Assembly (NCBI RefSeq): GCF_044704955.1
Contig: NC_091984.1
Span: 153,202,001-153,266,000, forward strand
DNA from: Pristiophorus japonicus
Taxonomy: Eukaryota
DNA: 64,000 nucleotides
Direction: 5' to 3'
Positions 13,301 to 24,504 of this stretch are shown in pieces. The notes beneath the pieces were generated by a model. That model was not told the origin of the DNA. It did no database searches and saw only the letters and a program-made list of their open reading frames with translations. The translations under genes and the position numbers were made by a program. Position 1 is the first letter of the stretch. Each line of letters begins with the position of its first letter.

Positions 13301-16300
13301 GATGTCGGTATTGCTCCTCTGGGTGACTGTATTACTCCTCTTCGCGACGGTTTTACTCCTCTGCTTTTCGGTATTAATCTTCTGGGTGAAAGTATTAACT
13401 CTCTGGGTGACGGTATTACTTCTCTGGATTTCGGAATTACTGCCCTGGTTGTCGGTATTACTCCTCTGGGTGTCGCTATTACTCATCTGGGTGTCGGTAT
13501 TACTCCTCTTGGTGCCGGTATTGCTCATCTGAGTGTCGGTATTACACTTCTGGGTGCCGATATTAGTCCTCTGGGTGTTTGTATTACTCCTCTGTGTGAC
13601 GGTAGTACTCCTCTGGATGTCGGTATTACTCATTTGGGTGTTGGTTTTACTCCTCTGGTCGTCGGAATTACTCCCACGTATGACAGTATTACTCCTCTGG
13701 GTGACGGCATTATTCCTCTTGATGTATATGTACTCCTCTGGGGTTTGGTATCACTCCACTGGCTCTCGGTACTACACCACTGGCTGTCGGTATTACCCCT
13801 CTGGCTGACGGTATTACTACTCTGGACGCCGGCATTACTCATCTGGATGTCGGTATTACTCCTCTGGATGACGGTATTACTCATCTGGATATCGGTATTA
13901 CTGATCTGGATGTCGGTATTGCTCCCCTGGGTGACAGTACTTCTCCTGTCGGTGACGGTATTACCCATCTGGGTGATGATATTACTCCTCTGAATGTCTG
14001 TATTATTCCTCTGCGTGTCGGTATTACTCCTCTCGGCAATGGTATAATTCCCATGGGTGATCGTATTACTCCTCTGGATATCGGTAATAGTCCTCTACGT
14101 GACAGTATTATTCCTCCCGGTGTCGGTATTACTCCTCTGGGTGTCGGTAGTACTCCTCTGGGTGAAGGTATTACACGTCTTGGTGTTGGTATTACTCCTC
14201 TACATTTAGGTAGTATTCCTCTGCGTGTCGGTATTACTCCACTTGGTGACGGTATTACTCCTCTGGATGTCGGTATTACTTCTCTGGGTGTCGGTATTAC
14301 TCCTCTGGTCGTCGTATTACTCCTCTGTGTGTCGGTATTATTCGTCGTGGTGAAAGTATTACTCTTCTGGATGTCGGCATTACTTCTTTGAATGTCGGTA
14401 TTACTCCTCTGGGTGACGGTATTAGTCCTCTGGGTGTCGGTATTACTCCTCTGGGTGTCATTATTGTTCCTCCGGCTGACGGTTTTGCTCCTCTGGGTGT
14501 CATTATTGCTGCTCTAGGTGTAGGTATTACTTCTGTGGGTGATGACATTACTCATCTGGGTTTCGGTATTACTTATCTGATCGACAGTATTAATCCTCTG
14601 GTATTGGTATTGCTCCTCTGGTTGTCGGGATTACTCTTATCGGTGACGGCTTTACTCCTCTGGGTATCGGTGTTACTCCTCTGGGTGACGACATTACTCC
14701 TCTGGGTGACGGTATCGCTCCTCTCAGTGTCAGTACTACTCCTCTAGATGTCGATTGTACTCCTCTGGCTGTCGGTATTACTCTCTGCGTGACAGTATTA
14801 TTCCTCTGGGTCTCGATATTACTCCACTGGTTGACAGTATTCCTCCTCTGGGTCACAGTATTACTCCTCAGTGTTTCGGTAGTACTCCTCTGGGTGACAA
14901 TATTACTCCTCTGGGTGTCGGGATTACACCGCCGGGTGATGGAATTACTCAACTGGGTCTCGGTATTGCTCCTCTGGGTCACTGCATTGCTCCGCTGCGT
15001 GTCGGTATTACTCCTCAGGTTGTCGGTATTACTCTTTTGAGATTCGGTATTACTCGTCTGACTGACGGTATTACTCCTTTGGTGTTGGTATTACTCCTTT
15101 GCATGTCGGTATTACTCCTATGGGTGTCGGTATTACTCCACGTTGTGACGGTATTACTCCTCTGGATGTCGGTATTACTCCTCTCGTTGTCGGTATTACT
15201 CCTCTGGTGTCGGACTTACTCCTCTGGGTGTCGGTATTACTCCTCTGGGTGATGGTATTACTCCTCTGGATATCGGTATTATTCCTCTGGGTGTTGGTAT
15301 TACTCCTCTTGTTGACAGTATAACTCCCCTGGGTGACCGTATTACCCCTCTGGATATCGGTATTACTCCTCTGGGTGACAGTATTGCTCCTCTCGATTTA
15401 GGTACTACTTCTCGGGGTGAAGCTATTACTCCTGTGGGTGGCGGTATTACTCCTCTGGTTTGGTCTTACTCGTCTGGGTGTCGGTATGACTCCTCTGTGT
15501 GTCGATATTACTCATCTGGGTGTTGGTATTACTCCTCTGGGTTGGTATTACTCCTCTGGGTGTCGGGATTACACCGGCGGGTGACGGAATTACTCAAAAG
15601 GGTGTCGGTATTGCTCCTCTGGGTCTCTGCATTGCTCCGCTGCATGTCAGTATTACTCCTCAGGGTGTCGGTATTACTCATTTGGGTTTCGGTATTACTC
15701 ATCTGGGTGACGGTATTACTCCTTTGGTGTTGGTATTACTCCTCTGCATGTCGGTATTACTCCTATGGGTGTCGGTATTCCTCCACGTTGTGACGGTATT
15801 ATTCCGCTGGATGCCTGTATTACTCATCTGGGTGTCGGTATTACTCCTCTGGTGTCGGTATTGCTCCTCTGGATAGCGGTATTACTCCACTTGGTGACAA
15901 TATTACTCAACTGGATGTCGGTATTACTACTCTGGTTGTCGGTGTTACTCCTCTGGGTGACGGTATTACTCCTCTGGTTGAAAATATTACACCTCTGGGT
16001 GAAAGTATTACTCCTCTGGTTGTCGGCATTGCAGCTCTGGATATCAGTATTACTCCTCTGGGTTGGTATTACTCGTCGGGATGTCGGTATTTATCCGCTG
16101 CTTGTCGGTATTACTCCTCTGGGTGTCGATATTACTCCTCTTGGTGTCGGTATTACACACCTGGATGTCGGTATTACTCCTCTGGATGTCGGTTTTACTT
16201 CTCTGGATGTCAGCATTACTCGCCTGGATGTCGATATCACTCCTCTGCTGTTCGGTATTACTCCTCTGTGTGACGGAATTACTCCTCTGGATGTCGGTTT

Positions 16301-18900
16301 TACTCCTCTGGGTGTTGATATTTCTCCTCCGGGTGTCGGTATTACTCCTCTGGATGTCGGCATTGCTCCTCTGTGTATCGGAATTACTGTTGTGGATGTC
16401 AGTATTACTCCCCTGGGTGACGGTATTACTCCTCTGGGTGACGGTATTACTCCTCTGGATGATGGTATTACTCCTCTGGGTGTCGGGATTACACCGCCGG
16501 GTGACGGAATTACTGAATAGTGTGTCGGTATTGCTCCTCTGGGTCTCTGCACTGCTCCGCTGCGTGTCGGTATTACTCCTCAGGGTGTCGGTATTACTCT
16601 GTTGGGTTTCGGTATTACTCCTCTGGTGTTCGGTATTACTCCTCTGGGTGTCGTTATTACTACTCTGGTGTCGGTATTGCTCCTCTGGATAGCGGTATTA
16701 CTCCTCTTGGTGACAATATGACTCAACTGGATGTCGGTATTACTACTCTGGTTGTCGGTGTTACTCCTCTGGGTGACGGTATTACTCCTCTGGTTGAAAA
16801 TACTACACCTCTGGGTGAAAGTATTACTCCTCTGGTTGTCGGCATTGCAGCTCTGGATATCAGTATTACTCCTCTGGGTTGGTATTACTCGTCGGGGTGT
16901 CGGTATTTATCCGCTGCTTGTCGGTATTACTCCTCTGGGTGTCGATATTACTCCTCTGGGTGTCGATATTACACATCTGGATGTCGGTATTACTCCTCTG
17001 GATGTCGGTTTTACTTCTCTGGATGTCAGCATTACTCGCCTGGATGTCGATATCACTCCTCTGCTGTTCGGTATTACTCCTCTGGGTGTCGGGATTACAC
17101 CGCCGGGTGACGGAATTACTGAATAGTGTGTCGGTATTGCTCCTCTGGGTCTCTGCACTGCTCTGCTGCGTGTCGGTATTACTCCTCAGGATGTCGGTAT
17201 TACTCTGTTGGGTTTCGGTATTACTCCTCTGGTGTTCGGTATTACTCCTCTGGGTGACGGTATTACTCCTCTGCATGTCGGTATTAGTACTATAGGTGTC
17301 GGTATTACTCCACTTTGTGACGGTATTACTCATCTGGATGTGGGTATTACTCCTCTGGGTGTCGGTATTACTCCTCTGGTGTCGGTATTACTCCTCTGGA
17401 TGTCGGTATTCGTCCTCTGGGTGACGGTATTACTTGCCAGGGTGTCGGTATTACTACTCTGCATGTCAGTTATACTTCTCTGGATGTCGGTATTGCTCCT
17501 CTGGGTGACGGTATTACTCCTCTTCGCGACGGTTTTACCCCTCTGCTTTTCGGTATTAATCCTCTGGGTGAGAGTATTACTTTTCTGGGTGACGGTATTA
17601 CTCCGCTGGATTTCGGAATTACTGCCCTGGGTGTCGGTATTACTCCTCTGGGTGTCGCTATTACTCATCTGGGTGTCGGTATTACTCCTCTCGGTGCCGG
17701 TATTGCCGCTCTGAGTGTCGGTATTACACTTCTGGGTGTCGATATTAATCCTCTGGGTGTTTGTATTACCCCTCTGCGTGACAGTGTTACTCCTCTGGTG
17801 TCGGTATTACTCATCTGCGTGACGGTACTACTCATCTGGATTTCGGTATTACTCATCTGAGTGTTGGTTTTACTCCTCAGGACGTCGGAATTACTCCCAT
17901 GTGTGACAGTATTACTCCTCTGGGTGACGGTATTACTCCTCTGGGCAACGGTATTACTCCTATTGATGTATATGTTACTCCTCTGGGGTTCGGTATCACT
18001 CCATTGGCTCTCGGTACTACACCACTGGCTGTCTGTATTACTCCGCTGGCTGATGGTATTACTTCTCTGGATGTCGGCATTACTCATCTGGATGTCGATT
18101 TTACTCCTCTGCTGTTCGGTATTACTCCTCTGGGTGACGGCATTACTCCTCTGGGTGTCGGAATTACTCATCTGGGTGACGGTATTACTCATCTGGATGA
18201 CGGTATTACTGATCTGGGTGTCTATATTACTACTATGAGTGTCGGTATTACTCCTCTGGATGTCGATATTACTCCTCTGCGTGTCGGTATTACTTCTCTG
18301 GATGTCGGTATTGCTCCCCTGGTTGACGGTACTTCTCCTCTCGGTGACGGCATTACCCATCTGGGTGATGGTATTACTCCTCTGAATGTCTGTATTATTC
18401 CTCTGCGTGTCGGTATTACTCCTCTCGGTAACGGTATAACTCCCCTGGGTGATCGTATTACTCCTCTGGATATCGGTATTACTCCTCTTTTAGAGAGTAG
18501 TACTCTTCTGCATGAAGGTATTACTACTCGGGGTGACGCTATTATTCCTCTGGGTGGCGGTATTACTCCTCTGTTTTTATATTACTCCTCTGGGTGTCCG
18601 TAATACTCCTCTGGGTTGATATTACTCCTCCGGGTGATCGTATTTCACAACTGGGCGTCGGCATTGCTCCCCTGCGTCTCACTCCTGCTCCGGTGGGTGT
18701 CGGTATTACTCCTCTGGGTGTGGGATTGACTCTTCTGGGTTTCGTTATTACTCCTCTGGATGACGGTATTACTCCTCTGGGTGTTGGTATTACTTATCTG
18801 CATGTCGGTATTACTCCTCTGGGTGACGGTATTAGTCCTCTGGGTGTCGGTATTACTCCTCTGGGTGTCGATATTGCATCTCTGGGTGACGGTATTACTC
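10345..18900 (+). repeat. Higher-order repeat copy 2 (lacks the last ~2 kb of copy 1; end approximate)
   Basis: Colinear with copy 1 at offsets 10280-10470 up to ~18890. It then jumps to sequence matching the start of the unit (18966 matches 10627). Confidence 0.88.
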
Positions 18901-21900
18901 CTCTGGCTGACGGTATTACTCCATTGGGTGTCGGCATTACTCCTCTGGATGTCGACATTCCTCCTCTAAATGTCGGTACTACTCCTCTGGCTGAGGTTAT
19001 TAGTCCTCTGGATTTCGGTACTACATCTCTGGTTGTCGGTATTACTGCTCTGGCTGACGGTATTACTCCTCTGGATGTCGGTAGTATTCATCTGGATGTC
19101 GATATTACTCCGCTGGGGTTCGGTATTACTCCTCTGGGAGACGCTATTATTCATCTGTGTATCGGTATTATTCCTCTGGATGTCGGTAGTATTCCACTGG
19201 GTGACGGTATTACTCCACTGGGTGACGGTATTAATCCTCTGGGTGATGGTATTAATCCTCTAGATGTCGGTCTTATTCCTCTGGGTGTCGGTATTACTCC
19301 TCTCGGTGACGGATTAACTCCCATGAGTGACCGTATTACTCCTCTGGATATCGGCATTACTCCTCTGAGTGACAGTATTACTCCTCTGCATGAAGGTATT
19401 ACTACTCGGGGTGACGCTATTATTCCTCTGGGTGGCGGTATTACTCCTCTGTTTTGATATTACTCCTCTGGGTGTCCGTAGTACTCCTCTTGGTTGATAT
19501 TACTCCTCTGGGTGTCATGATTACTCTTCCCGGTGATCGTATTAAACAACTGGGTGTCGGTATTGCTCCCCTGCGTCTCAGTCCTGCTCCGGTGGGTGTC
19601 AGTATTACTCCTCTGGGTGTGGGATTGACTCTTCTGGGTTTCGTTATTACTCCTGTGGATGACAGTATTACTCCTCTGGGTGTTGTTATTACTTCTCTGC
19701 ATGTCGGTATTACTCCTCTGGGTGACGGCATTAGTCCTCTGGGTGTCGGTATTACTCCTCTGGGTGTCGATATTGCATCTCTGGGTGACGGTATTACTCC
19801 TCTTCTCGACGGTTTTACTCCTCTGCTTTTCGGTATTAATCTTCTTGGTGAAAGTATTAACTCTCTGGGTGACGGTATTACTTCTCTGGATTTCGGAATT
19901 ACTGCCCTGGTTGTCGGTATTACTCCTCTGGGTGTCGCTATTACTCATCTGGGTGTCGGTATTACTCCTCTTGGTGCCGGTATTGCTCCTCTGAGTGTCG
20001 GTATTACACTTCTGGGTGTCGATATTAGTCCTCTGGGTGTTTGTATTACTCCTCTGTGTGACGGTAGTACTCCTCTGGATGTCGGTATTACTCATTTGGG
20101 TGTTGCTTTTACTCCTCTGGACGTCGGAATTACTCCCACGTATGACAGTATTACTCCTCTGGGTGACGGTATTATTCCTCTTGATGTATATGTACTCCTC
20201 TGGGGTTTGGTATCACTCCACTGGCTCTCGGTACTACACCACTGGCTGTCGGTATTACCCCTCTGGCTGACGGTATTACTACTCTGGATGCCGGCATTAC
20301 TCATCTGGATGTCGGTATTACTCCTCTGGATGACGGTATTACTCATCTGGATATCGGTATTACTGATCTGGATGTCGGTATTGCTCCCCTGGGTGACAGT
20401 ACTTCTCCTCTCGGTGACGGTATTACCCATCTGGGTGATGATATTACTCCTCTGAATGTCTATTATTCCTCTGCGTGTCGGTATTACTCCTCTCGGCAAC
20501 GGTATAATTCCCATGGGTGATCGTATTACTCCTCTGGATATCGGTAATAGTCCTCTACGTGACAGTATTATTCCCTCCGGTGTCGGTATTACTCCTCTGG
20601 GTGTCGGTAGTACTCCTCTGGGTGAAGGTATTACACGCCTTGGTGTTGGTATTAATCCTCTACATTTAGGTAGTATTCCTCTGCGTGTCGGTATTACTCC
20701 ACTTGGTGACGGTATTACTCCTCTGGATGTCGGTATTACTTCTCTGGGTGTCGGTATTACTCCTCTGGTCGTCGTATTACTCCTCTGTGTGTCGGTATTA
20801 TTCGTCGTGGTGAAAGTATTACTCTTCTGGATGTCGGCATTACTTCTTTGAATGTCGGTATTACTCCTCTGGGTGACGGTATTAGTCCTCTGGGTGTCGG
20901 TATTACTCCTCTGGGTGTCGTTATTGTTCCTCCGGCTGACGGTTTTGCTCCTCTGGGTGTCATTATTGCTGCTCTAGGTGTAGGTATTACTTCTGTGGGT
21001 GATGACATTACTCATCTGGGTTTCGGTATTACTTATCTGATCGACAGTATTAATCCTCTGGTATTGGTATTGCTCCTCTGGTTGTCGGGATTACTCATCT
21101 CGGTGACGGCTTTACTCCTCTGGGTATCGGTGTTACTCCTCTGGGTGACGACATTACTCCTCTGTGTGACGGTATCGCTCCTCTCAGTGTCAGTACTACT
21201 CCTCTAGATGTCGATTGTACTCCTCTGGCTGTCGGTATTACTCTCTGCGTGACAGTATTATTCCTCTGGGTCTCGATATTACTCCACTGGTTGACAGTAT
21301 TACTCCTCTGGGTCACAGTATTACTCCTCAGTGTTTCGGTACTACTCCTCTGGGTGACAATATTACTCCTCTGGGTGTCGGGATTACACCGCCGGGTGAT
21401 GGAATTACTCAACTGGGTCTCGGTATTGCTCCTCTGGGTCACTGCATTGCTCCGCTGCGTGTCGGTATTACTCCTCAGGTTGTCGGTATTACTCTTTTGG
21501 GATTCGGTATTACTCGTCTGGGTGACGGTATTACTCCTTTGGTGTTGGTATTACTCCTTTGCATGTCGGTATTACTCCTATGGGTGTCGGTATTACTCCA
21601 CGTTGTGACGGTATTACTCCTCTGGATGTCGGTATTACTCCTCTCGTTGTCGGTATTACTCCTCTGGTGTCGGGCTTACTCCTCTGGGTGTCGGTATTAC
21701 TCCTCTGGGTGATGGTATTACTCCTCTGGATATCGGTATTATTCCTCTGGATGGTGGTATTACTCCTCTTGTTGACAGTATAACTCCCCTGGGTGACCGT
21801 ATTACCGCTCTGGATATCGGTATTACTCCTCTGGGTGACAGTATTGCTCCTCTCGATTTAGGTACTACTTCTCGGGGTGAAGCTTTTACTCCTGTGGGTG

Positions 21901-24482
21901 GCGGTATTACTCCTCTGGTTTGGTCTTACTCATCTGTGTGTCGGTATGACTCCTCTGTGTGTCGATATTACTCATCTGGGTGTTGGTATTACTCCTCTGG
22001 GTTGGTATTACTCCTCTGGGTGTCGGGATTACACCGGCGGGTGACGGAATTACTCAACTGGGTGTCGGTATTGCTCCTCTGGGTCTCTGCATTGCTCCGC
22101 TGCATGTCAGTATTACTCCTCAGGGTGTCGGTATTACTCATTTGGGTTTCGGTATTACTCATCTGGGTGACGGTATTACTCCTTTGGTGTTGGTATTACT
22201 CCTCTGCATGTCGGTATTACTCCTATGGGTGTCGGTATTACTCCACGTTGTGACGGTATTACTCCGCTGGATGCCTGTATTACTCATCTGGGTGTCGGTA
22301 TTACTCCTCTGGTGTCGGTATTGCTCCTCTGGATAGCGGTATTACTCCACTTGGTGACAATATTACTCAACTGGATGTCGGTATTACTACTCTGGTTGTC
22401 GGTGTTACTCCTCTGGGTGACGGTATTACTCCTCTGGTTGAAAATATTACACCTCTGGGTGAAAGTATTACTCCTCTGGTTGTCGGCATTGCAGCTCTGG
22501 ATATCAGTATTACTGCTCTGGGTTGGTATTACTCGTCGGGGTGTCGGTATTTATCCGCTGCTTGTCGGTATTACTCCTCTGGGTGTCGATATTACTCCTC
22601 TGGGTGTCGGTATTACACACCTGGATGTCGGTATTACTCCTCTGGATGTCGGTTTTACTTCTCTGGATGTCAGCATTACTCGCCTGGATGTCGATGTCAC
22701 TCCTCTGCTGTTCGGCATTACTCCTCTGTGTGACGAAATTACTCCTCTGGATGTCGGTTTTACTCCTCTGGGTGTTGATAATTCTCCTCCGGGTGTCGGT
22801 ATTACTCCTCTGGATGTCGGCATTGCTCCTCTGTGTATCGGAATTACTGTTGTGGATGTCAGTATTACTCCCCTGGGTGACGGTATTACTCCTCTGGGTG
22901 ACGGTATTACTCCTCTGGATGATGGTATTACTCCTCTGGGTGTCGGGATTACACCGCCGGGTGATGGAATTACTGAATAGTGTGTCGGTATTGCTCCTCT
23001 GGGTCTCTGCACTGCTCCGCTGCGTGTCGGTATTACTCCTCAGGGTGTCAGTATTACTCTGTTGGTTTTCGGTATTACTCCTCTGGTGTTATGTATTACT
23101 CCTCTGGGTGTCGGTATTACTCCTCTGGTGTCGGTATTGCTCCTCTGGATAGCGGCATTACTCCTCTTGGTGACAATATTACTCAACTGGATGTCGGTAT
23201 TACTACTCTTGTTCTCGGTGTTACTCCTCTGGGTGACGGTATTACTCCTCTGGTTGAAAATATTACACCTCTGGGTGAAAGTAGTACTCCTCTGGTTGTC
23301 GTCATTGCAACTCTGGATATCAGCATTACTCCTCTGGGTGTCGGTATTGATCCGCTGCTTGTCGGTATTACTCCTCTGGGTGTCGATATTACTCCTCTGG
23401 GTGTCGATATTACACACCTGGATGTCGGTATTACTCCTCTGGATGTCGGTTTTACTTCTCTGGATGTCAGCATTACTCGCCTGGATGTCGATATCACTCC
23501 TCTGCTGTTCGGTATTACTCCTCTGGGTGTCGGGATTACACCGCCGGGTGACGGAATTACTGAATAGTGTGTCGGTATTGCTCCTCTGGGTCTCTGCACT
23601 GCTCTGCTGCGTGTCGGTATTACTCCTCAGGATGTCGGTATTACTCTGTTGGGTTTCGGTATTACTCCTCTGGTGTTCGGTATTACTCCTCTGGGTGACG
23701 GTATTACTCCTCTGCATGTCGGTATTAGTACTATAGGTGTCGGTATTACTCCACTTTGTGACGGTATTACTCATCTGGATGTGGGTATTACTCCTCTGGG
23801 TGTCGGTATTACTCCTCTGGTGTCGGTATTACTCCTCTGGATGTCGGTATTCGTCCTCTGGGTGACGGTATTACTTGCCAGGGTGTCGGTATTACTACTC
23901 TGCATGTCAGTTATACTTCTCTGGATGTCGGTATTGCTCCTCTGGGTGACGGTATTACTCCTCTTCGCGACGGTTTTACCCCTCTGCTTTTCGGTATTAA
24001 TCCTCTGGGTGAGAGTATTACTTTTCTGGGTGACGGTATTACTCCGCTGGATTTCGGAATTACTGCCCTGGGTGTCGGTATTACTCCTCTGGGTGTCGCT
24101 ATTACTCATCTGGGTGTCGGTATTACTCCTCTCGGTGCCGGTATTGCCGCTCTGAGTGTCGGTATTACACTTCTGGGTGTCGATATTAATCCTCTGGGTG
24201 TTTGTATTACCCCTCTGCGTGACAGTGTTACTCCTCTGGTGTCGGTATTACTCATCTGCGTGACGGTACTACTCATCTGGATTTCGGTATTACTCATCTG
24301 AGTGTTGGTTTTACTCCTCAGGACGTCGGAATTACTCCCATGTGTGACAGTATTACTCCTCTGGGTGACGGTATTACTCCTCTGGGCAACGGTATTACTC
24401 CTATTGATGTATATGTTACTCCTCTGGGGTTCGGTATCACTCCATTGGCTCTCGGTACTACACCACTGGCTGTCTGTATTAC
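18901..24482 (+). repeat. Higher-order repeat copy 3 (internal ~1.9-kb deletion; truncated by the inversion junction)
   Basis: Offset to copy 2 is 8339 (19441/11102), then 6462-6441 (19995/13533, 22225/15765, 24106/17665). The last matching base 24482 corresponds to 18041. Confidence 0.88.
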
Positions 24483-24504
24483 CGTAGTAATACAGTAGTA
24501 ATAC
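24474..24504. other. Inversion breakpoint with 11-bp insertion, 9-bp hairpin and 10-bp direct repeat
   Basis: Forward match ends at 24482 and the inverted-arm match begins at 24494. The insert 24483-24493 is CGTAGTAATAC. CTGTATTAC (24474-82) and GTAATACAG (24487-95) are perfect inverted repeats around the loop CGTA. GTAGTAATAC occurs at 24484 and again at 24495. Confidence 0.93.

Larger units (their letters stand above)
1..24482 (+). repeat. 21-bp tandem satellite array, forward orientation (consensus GGTATTACTCCTCTGGGTGTC)
   Basis: Continuous head-to-tail monomers, usually a few substitutions from consensus, with occasional 19-20 bp monomers (CTGGTGTC, CTGGGTTGGTATT, GTTTTGATATT). No intervening unique DNA. 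The array extends past the window start. Confidence 0.98.
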
